A program made the position numbers and the translations under genes. The notes beneath the pieces are model-generated. The model did not search any database. It saw only the letters and a list, made by a program, of their open reading frames with translations, and was not told where the DNA came from. Below are positions 58,056-64,000 of a stretch of 64,000 bases of DNA, one piece after another (within the stretch, counting starts at the first letter, position 1; the number at the start of each line of letters is the position of its first letter). Where the stretch lies: positions 864,001 through 928,000 of the forward strand of contig CAVQEQ010000001.1 in the NCBI GenBank assembly GCA_963711565.1, in the 5' to 3' direction. The stretch comes from an uncultured delta proteobacterium (GTDB lineage: Bacteria > Desulfobacterota > Binatia > Binatales > Binataceae).

Positions 58056-59363
58056 TCAACTTGCGGCGCGCGGCAGCTCGGATTCGGCGGCGGCCTGTGC
58101 GTTAAGAATGCGCACGATATTCTGCGCCATGAAGCTGCCGAGGATCTTCTCGCGCGCGGTCGCGTCGAGCTTGCGCGCCTGACGGCTGACCTCGGCGCAT
58201 CGCTCGAGCATCGCAGCCTCGAGCGGCCGGAAATGCTTCCATGCGATCGGCGCCAGGCGCTCTGGCGCAACCGCGATCAGATCCTGGATCTTCCTGAAGC
58301 GCCACCATGGCGAGTCCGCGGACGGTTTTTCTCCACCGGCGGCGAGAATGGGTGGCAGCGTCCCGCCCACGAACAGCGGAAATGCGATCGACGTGCACGG
58401 CGCGGCGAACGACGCCCATAGCACCGGGATCGTGTCCGCATCGGGCGCCGGAATTTCGGCGACCATGCTCGCGGTCGTGCCCGAGACCGAGCCGTGCATG
58501 CATAGCGTCGGCGAGTCGTCGCGCGGCGTGCCGACGGCGGGCGGCATCTCGCCGCGCGCGCCGTGGTCGCGCAGTATCGCGAGCATCTCGCGGATAGTGC
58601 GGCGGCCGTTGCGCGAGACGAGTTCGCGGCTGCGCGCCAGGCGTCCGCGCGCAGTCAGCGGATCGCTTTTGTCCTTGCCGGGATTGCGGCTCGAATACGC
58701 GGCAGCGAAGTCGAACGACGATTCGCCTTCGCACCATCCGCGAGCGCGCGCATAGCTTTCAACGTCCGCCGAGCCGAGGCTGCCGGAATCGATCGTCAAT
58801 CGATTCGAAATGCACGCGCGCTCCTCGACGCGGCGCACAATCCATTGGCGGCCCGAGCTTTCCAGCACGTAAGCGTCAACGTGATCGGCGATGATGAAAC
58901 TGCCGCAGTAGCGGAAATCCACGTCGTATTGCGCGGAGCCGCCCTGCCCGTAGCGTTCGATCAACCCTCCGATAATTTCAGTCGCCTCGCGCGCAGTCTT
59001 CGAGCGCTCGAGGCCGAGCCGCACCAGATCCATCCCGAGCAGCCCTGTCAACGGCAGCGTCTCGCGCGTCAGCACCGCCTCGTTGCCAATCGCGACCCCG
59101 TACTCGTTGAGCCCCTGCTCGAAACCCCACAGCCAGAAAGGGCGCGAGCCGATCACGGCGGCAGTCTCGGCAACTTGTGGAATTTCGAGATACTGGCAGT
59201 GAACGGTCGCGCCGTCGCGATGAACACGATGCGGAGCCTGCGCCAGCGGCTGGCATTCGTAGGGCGACCGGTCGGAATTCTTGGCCAGGATCGTCGCGCC
59301 CGCGCGTGTATGCGGCGCGAGCACGACGATAGTATCGCAGGAAGGGAGCGGGAACGCGGCCAT
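58056..59363 (-). CDS. Peptidase C69/secernin family (Ntn hydrolase)
   Basis: SCDTIV (Ntn Cys), AKNSDR, WLWGFEQGLNEYGVAIGNEA, LGMDLVRLGLER. Confidence 0.9.
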   Translation of the reverse strand: MAAFPLPSCDTIVVLAPHTRAGATILAKNSDRSPYECQPLAQAPHRVHRDGATVHCQYLEIPQVAETAAVIGSRPFWLWGFEQGLNEYGVAIGNEAVLTRETLPLTGLLGMDLVRLGLERSKTAREATEIIGGLIERYGQGGSAQYDVDFRYCGSFIIADHVDAYVLESSGRQWIVRRVEERACISNRLTIDSGSLGSADVESYARARGWCEGESSFDFAAAYSSRNPGKDKSDPLTARGRLARSRELVSRNGRRTIREMLAILRDHGARGEMPPAVGTPRDDSPTLCMHGSVSGTTASMVAEIPAPDADTIPVLWASFAAPCTSIAFPLFVGGTLPPILAAGGEKPSADSPWWRFRKIQDLIAVAPERLAPIAWKHFRPLEAAMLERCAEVSRQARKLDATAREKILGSFMAQNIVRILNAQAAAESELPRAAS

Positions 59364-59379
59364 GAGGAATAAATTGTAT

Positions 59380-59570
59380 GTGAAACCCGCGATGGGTTTC
59401 ACGCTTCCTTCGGCAGGGCTGACCCCTGCACCCAGCGATAAGAGAAGATGCGGGACTTCGTCCCTGTTAGGAGGTTTTAAGGAGGAGGTTGTGCGGCGCC
59501 CGACTCTTACCTCGCCCGTTCTTTTTACGGGAGAGGCGGCCGGCCGCATCGCGGCCGGTAGGTGAGGGTT
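59380..59570. repeat. Composite palindromic REP/MITE-like element
   Basis: GTGAAACCC..GGGTTTCAC; GCAGGGCTGACCCCTGCACCC; 59445-59470 is the exact reverse complement of 28853-28878; CCTCGCCCGT..ACGGGAGAGG..GGTGAGGG. Confidence 0.75.
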
Positions 59571-59655
59571 CTGCGGCTCAAGATGCATGTAAGGCTCATC
59601 GCCGCCCGCTCTTTGTGTGATCTGGTCTTTGAGCCATTCTCAGCGACGTAGAATC

Positions 59656-60384
59656 ATGAATCGTAAGAGCCAATTTTCATACGTCTGCAATGCTTGCGGG
59701 CTATGCTGCCATAACAAGGTCATCACGCTCTCACCTTACGATGTGTTGCGGCTCGCGCGGGCGGCGGGTATCACCACGCGCGAGGCGATCGATCGCCTCA
59801 CGATTCGGCGCGGGTCGATTCTCAAGTTCGCGGACAGCGGCGCGTGCGTGGCGCTCGAAGGCGCGCGCTGCGGGGTCCATCGCGGACGTCCTCTTGCGTG
59901 CCGGCTTTATCCGCTGGGAATCGAGCGCGCCAAGGACGCGGGTGACGAGAAATTTGTGGTGCTGGAGCCCGCCGCGGGTTCGCTCGGGATTTACGGCGTC
60001 GACGGCAACGTCAATGAGTTCGTCGAGGGGCAGGGCGGCGCGCCGTATCTCGAAGCGAATGTGCGATATGCGTCGTTGCTCGCTGTTTTCCGCGAGCGAA
60101 TCGCGGCGACCGTCGATTTCGATCGAGTCGAGCCACGTGAGTTCTGGCGGCGCGCAGTTCGCGAAGCCCTCGCCGAGTCTAACTACGACCCGAATTCGCT
60201 GATCGACGGGATGTTCGATGCGGATGGAATCGTCGGTATCGGTATCGACGATGCGGAAATGATCGCCACGCATATCGAGCAACTCAAGGAGATGCTCGCG
60301 CGCGAGTCGAACCCCGAGATCATCGCGGCGGCCGCGGTAATGCTCGCGGTAAGCATCGGGTTTTCGCCCGCTGAAGTTCAGTGA
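59656..60384 (+). CDS. YkgJ family cysteine cluster protein
   Basis: CNACGLCC, CVAL...CGVH..RPLACRLYP. Confidence 0.88.
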   Translation: MNRKSQFSYVCNACGLCCHNKVITLSPYDVLRLARAAGITTREAIDRLTIRRGSILKFADSGACVALEGARCGVHRGRPLACRLYPLGIERAKDAGDEKFVVLEPAAGSLGIYGVDGNVNEFVEGQGGAPYLEANVRYASLLAVFRERIAATVDFDRVEPREFWRRAVREALAESNYDPNSLIDGMFDADGIVGIGIDDAEMIATHIEQLKEMLARESNPEIIAAAAVMLAVSIGFSPAEVQ

Positions 60385-60391
60385 GGTCGCG

Positions 60392-60985
60392 TCAGTTGGT
60401 TGCCGGGGCCGCTGGGCTGGCTGGGGCCGCAGGAGCAGCGTTGGCTACGCCCAGGTCGTTCAGGATTTCGATCGCGTGCGTCGATGGATCGACGCTCGGA
60501 TAGACCTTCAGCACCTTTCCATTCTCGTCGATTACATAAGTGATGCGGCGATCGAGGCCGAGGATTGGGATTCCGTTAGCCGCTCCATAAGCCGTTGCGA
60601 TCTTCTTGTCGGGATCGAGCAGGAGCGGGAACGGCAGGCTGTTTTTGCGGATGAAGTCCTTGTGCGCATCGGCCGAATCGACGCTGCATCCGAGCACGAC
60701 CAGGCCGGCGTTGGTGTAGCGCGAGTAGCCGTCGCGAAAGGCGCACGCCTCTTTGGTGCATCCCGAGGTTTCATCCTTGGGATAGAAATAGAGGATCACT
60801 TTTTTGCCGTGGAAGTCGGCGAGCGACACCGGAGCTTGAGTATCGCCGGTCACCATCTGGGTACTGAACGGGGGCGCGATATCTCCTGCCTTGACCAATT
60901 CGGCGCGCGCTATTCGCGGGCGCAGTGCGACTGTGGCGACGACTATTAGACCGACAGCGATTAGTCCGACTGTAATCATTTTCAT
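60392..60985 (-). CDS. bcp: Peroxiredoxin BCP/PrxQ with N-terminal signal or anchor
   Basis: LYFYPKDETSGCTKEACAFRD, RITYVID. Confidence 0.9.
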   Translation of the reverse strand: MKMITVGLIAVGLIVVATVALRPRIARAELVKAGDIAPPFSTQMVTGDTQAPVSLADFHGKKVILYFYPKDETSGCTKEACAFRDGYSRYTNAGLVVLGCSVDSADAHKDFIRKNSLPFPLLLDPDKKIATAYGAANGIPILGLDRRITYVIDENGKVLKVYPSVDPSTHAIEILNDLGVANAAPAAPASPAAPATN

Positions 60986-61045
60986 ACGAGTCCTCCCGAT
61001 CTCGTGATTAACCGCGAGCCCTGCTGGAAAGTTCCCGGGACTCGA

Positions 61046-61972
61046 TCAGATGTAGTAGAGCCAGTCGCGGTAGCGCGGCTCGCGGCCGTGCAGCGCCGCC
61101 CGAAAGACTTGCAGCACCTTGGCCGTGATTGGGCCGGGCTTGCCGGGGCCTATTTTGCGATCGTCCAGCTCCACGACCGGAGTTACTTCGGCGGCGGTGC
61201 CGGTCATGAAAGCTTCGTCGGCGATGTAGAACGCGTCGCGCGCGAAATATTCCTCGCGGACCTCGACGGCGTTGTCGCGCAGGATCCTGATCACGGCATC
61301 GCGGGTGATTCCCGCCAGCACCGACGTGAGCGGCGGCGTGCGCACTACTCCGTCGCGAACTACGAACACGTTCTCGCCGCTGCCCTCGGCGACGAAGCCC
61401 TCGGTGTTGAGCAGGAGCGCTTCGTCGTAGCCGTTGCGGCGGGCTTCATAGCCGGCGAGTATCGAGTTGACGTAATGGCCAGTGGCTTTCGCCGCCGGCA
61501 TCATCGAGTTGTGATGGAATCTGACGAATGACGAGGTCTTGAGGCGCACGCCTTTTTCGACGCCGTCCTGCCCGAGATATGCGCCCCACGGCCATGCGGC
61601 GATCGAGACGCGAATTTTATTTCCGCGGGCGGATAGTCCCATCTCACCTTCGCCGAAGAACACCAGCGGCCGGATATAGCATTCGGCGAACTTGTTGATG
61701 CGCACAACGTCGGCGCATGCCTTGAGCAATTCCTCCTGGCTGTAGGGGACTTCCATCTCGACGATATGGCCGGAGTCGATGAGGCGGCGGATATGCTCGC
61801 GCGCGCGGAAGATTGCGGAGCGGCCGTCGTCGCTCTTGTAGCATCGCATTCCTTCGAAAACCCCGAGGCCGTAGTGCAGGCTGTGGGTCAGGACATGGAC
61901 GGTTGCCTCGTCAAAGGGAACCATCGTGCCATCCATCCAGATTCGATCCGAGCGAAGATTGTTCGCAGGCAT
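61046..61972 (-). CDS. ilvE: Branched-chain amino acid aminotransferase
   Basis: HSLHYG.GVFEG, YIRP, AKATGHYVNS, EGSGENVF, GITR, GTAAEVTPV. Confidence 0.96.
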   Translation of the reverse strand: MPANNLRSDRIWMDGTMVPFDEATVHVLTHSLHYGLGVFEGMRCYKSDDGRSAIFRAREHIRRLIDSGHIVEMEVPYSQEELLKACADVVRINKFAECYIRPLVFFGEGEMGLSARGNKIRVSIAAWPWGAYLGQDGVEKGVRLKTSSFVRFHHNSMMPAAKATGHYVNSILAGYEARRNGYDEALLLNTEGFVAEGSGENVFVVRDGVVRTPPLTSVLAGITRDAVIRILRDNAVEVREEYFARDAFYIADEAFMTGTAAEVTPVVELDDRKIGPGKPGPITAKVLQVFRAALHGREPRYRDWLYYI

Positions 61973-62025
61973 AATGGAGTCAAAAGTAGTCGAAGGTGAG
62001 TAGTTAGTCGATGGGGCCGCAAGAA

Positions 62026-62061
62026 CCTTAACCCCTAGCTCCTTCCCTCGACGGGAAGGGA
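62026..62061. repeat. Short CCCT..CCTTCCC/GGGAAGGG palindromic repeat
   Basis: CCTTAACCCCTAGCTCCTTCCCTCGACGGGAAGGG. Confidence 0.45.
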
Positions 62062-62078
62062 AAAAATCGCGCTCCTTG

Positions 62079-63448
62079 CTAGTCGCGGCGGGACGAGTCC
62101 GGCGATGGAGGGGGATCGCCGGGGCGATTCCCGTTTTCGGCGGACGGCGTGGCGGCTACCGCCGCGACTCCGTCGCGGGCGGGGCCGGCGTGGCGAGAAC
62201 GGCGGCGACGACGCCGGCGTCGCCGCCGCTGGTCGCCGCCCGGCGGCCGTGCGCCATCGCCGGTCGGCGATTGCGCATCGGGAGCAGAAGGACTTGCGCT
62301 GAACGCGTCAGGATCGGCGAGGAAGCGCAGCGTGCGCGCCGGATCGATCGAGTATGTCGGCGCCGTCATCTCGAAGAACATCCGCGCGTCGGGAAAGTAC
62401 GGCCGCCGCATCAGGCGCCGCGTGCGGCGCGTCGGCGACGCGAGATTCGCGAACGATTCCAGAATGAGCCGCATCTGCTCGGTGTCGCCGCGCGCGAAGC
62501 CGCGCGACCGCAGCGTGCCGAGAATATCGACGCGGCCGGCATCGCCGCGTTCGCGGCGGTGCTCGTCGCGATAGAGGTCCAGCATCAGCGTGGCCAGCAC
62601 GATCGAATGGTCGGGCGAAAGTCCGCTTCCTATGGCGCGTCCGAGTGCCGCCATGTTGCGGACGGCGGGTTGCTCGGCGAGCGTGACGCCGCGCGACTTC
62701 AGATGAGCGGCGAGAATCGGGATTACGTACTCGAGCAATCCCAGCTCTTCCATCAGCACCAGCGCGTGCGCGGCCTCGGGTTGGCCGAGTGTCTTGTAAG
62801 TTTCCTCGACCAGGCGCGGCACCGAGGCCTTGGCGAGGTCGCCACGATGGCGCTCGATTGCGGCGCGCGTGGCGGGCTCGATTTCGAAGCCGAGCTTGGC
62901 GGCGAAGCGCACCGCACGCATCATGCGCACGGGATCCTCGCGCATCCGCAATTCGGGATCGCCGATAGTGCGGATCAGGCGCGCCTCGAGGTCGTCAACT
63001 CCGCCGGGAAAATCGATCACATGAAAAGTCTGCGGGCTGTAGAACAGCGCGTTGACGGTGAAGTCGCGGCGAAAAGCGTCCTCCTCGGGCGTGCCGAAAG
63101 TATTGTCGAGACGAATCAGCGGATCGTCGGCGTCGGCGACGGCCTCTGCCAGTTTGCGAAAGGTGGCGACCTCGACATTCTGGCGGCCGAAGAAAACGTG
63201 AACCAGGCGAAAGCGCCTGCCTATCAGGCGCGAATTGCGGAACAAGTCGCGCACCTGTTGCGGATGAGCCGAAGTGGCGACGTCGAAATCCTTGGGCTTG
63301 CGCGAGAGCATCAGGTCGCGCACGCCGCCGCCGACCAGGTACGCGTCGTAGCCGGCTCCGCCAGCCGATAGAGCACCTTGAGGACGTTGGCGTCGATATC
63401 GCGGCGCGAGATGGGATGTTCGGCGCGCGCTAGTATACGGGGTTCCAA
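62079..63448 (-). CDS. pcnB: Poly(A) polymerase I (1-bp frameshift near 63360)
   Basis: AYLVGGGVRD, KDFDVAT, PAP signature IGRRFRLVHV, RRDFTVNAL, EDPVRMMRA. The N-terminus EPRILARAEHPISRRDIDANVLKVLYRL lies in another frame. Confidence 0.92.
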
Positions 63449-63592
63449 TTGCGTTAGCCCGATTCCGTTCCAACGCTAGCACGACTGCGCGCGGTCTTCA
63501 TCGTTCCCGCGGGCACCCTTGGCGGCGTCCTCCGCTTTGCCGATGTTGCGCGAATAGAGTTACGCTGGATGGATAATAGAGGAGACATCCAC

Positions 63593-64000
63593 ATGGACAA
63601 ATTTCTAACCGACGTAAAAACCCTTCGCGAGAACGCTCGCAAAAACACGGATAAGGGCGCGATCACCGACGGCTACAAAGCGCACGTCAAGCAGGTGCTC
63701 AAAGTGCTCAACAACGTGCTGGCGACCGAGCTGGTGTGCGTGCTGCGCTACAAACGGCATTTCTACATGGCGCAGGGAATCAGCTCGGATTCGGTCAAAG
63801 CGGAATTTCTGCAGCATGCGAACGAAGAGCAGCAGCATGCCGACTGGGTTGCGGAGCGAATCACACAGCTTGGCGGCGAGCCGGACTTCAGTCCCACCAC
63901 ACTGGCCGAGCGCTCGGCCTCGGAGTACGTCGAGGGCAAGACGCTGGTCGATATGATCAAGGAAGACCTGATCGCCGAGCGGATCGCCATCCAGACGTAT
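63593..64000 (+). CDS. Bacterioferritin / ferritin-like protein (3' end runs off the window)
   Basis: Not in the ORF track. Manual translation MDKFLTDVKTLRENAR..LATELVCVLRYKRH..EEQQHAD..ERITQLGGEP..EDLIAERIAI; RBS GAGGAG. Confidence 0.9.
   Translation, partial: MDKFLTDVKTLRENARKNTDKGAITDGYKAHVKQVLKVLNNVLATELVCVLRYKRHFYMAQGISSDSVKAEFLQHANEEQQHADWVAERITQLGGEPDFSPTTLAERSASEYVEGKTLVDMIKEDLIAERIAIQTY

Noticed and set aside
59364-59588. N-terminal extension of the C69 peptidase
   Set aside because: Reads through the repeat element; the Ntn Cys should be near the N-terminus

Overview
High-GC bacterial chromosomal window of about 62 CDSs. Gene content (LLM oxidoreductases, atypical Crp paralogues, a PQQ-repeat/Ig-like surface protein, a G1 peptidase) is consistent with a soil Candidatus Binatota-like genome; this assignment is an inference. 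Core loci: ffs-dnaX-ybaB-recR, sodB, Rrf2-sulfite reductase-cysH, asnS, trxA, ppiD, mreBCD-mrdA-rodA, amtB, ilvE, pcnB, aguA/aguB. Accessory content: an Fe(II)/2OG dioxygenase coupled to a divergent aspartase-family lyase, an AraC-VOC-VOC-pentapeptide operon, a DUF2089/DUF4097-like pair, a TetR with a visible palindromic operator shared with an orphan secreted protein gene, and a NotI-family R-M island whose nuclease seems to carry Asn at the catalytic Asp. Several families of short palindromic REP/MITE-like repeats lie in intergenic gaps, and one sits next to a strand-specific G-to-A synonymous shift. Four conserved genes carry single-base frameshifts, probably assembly errors. No rRNA, tRNA, CRISPR array or transposase was seen. 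All calls come from reading the sequence by eye; no database searches were run.
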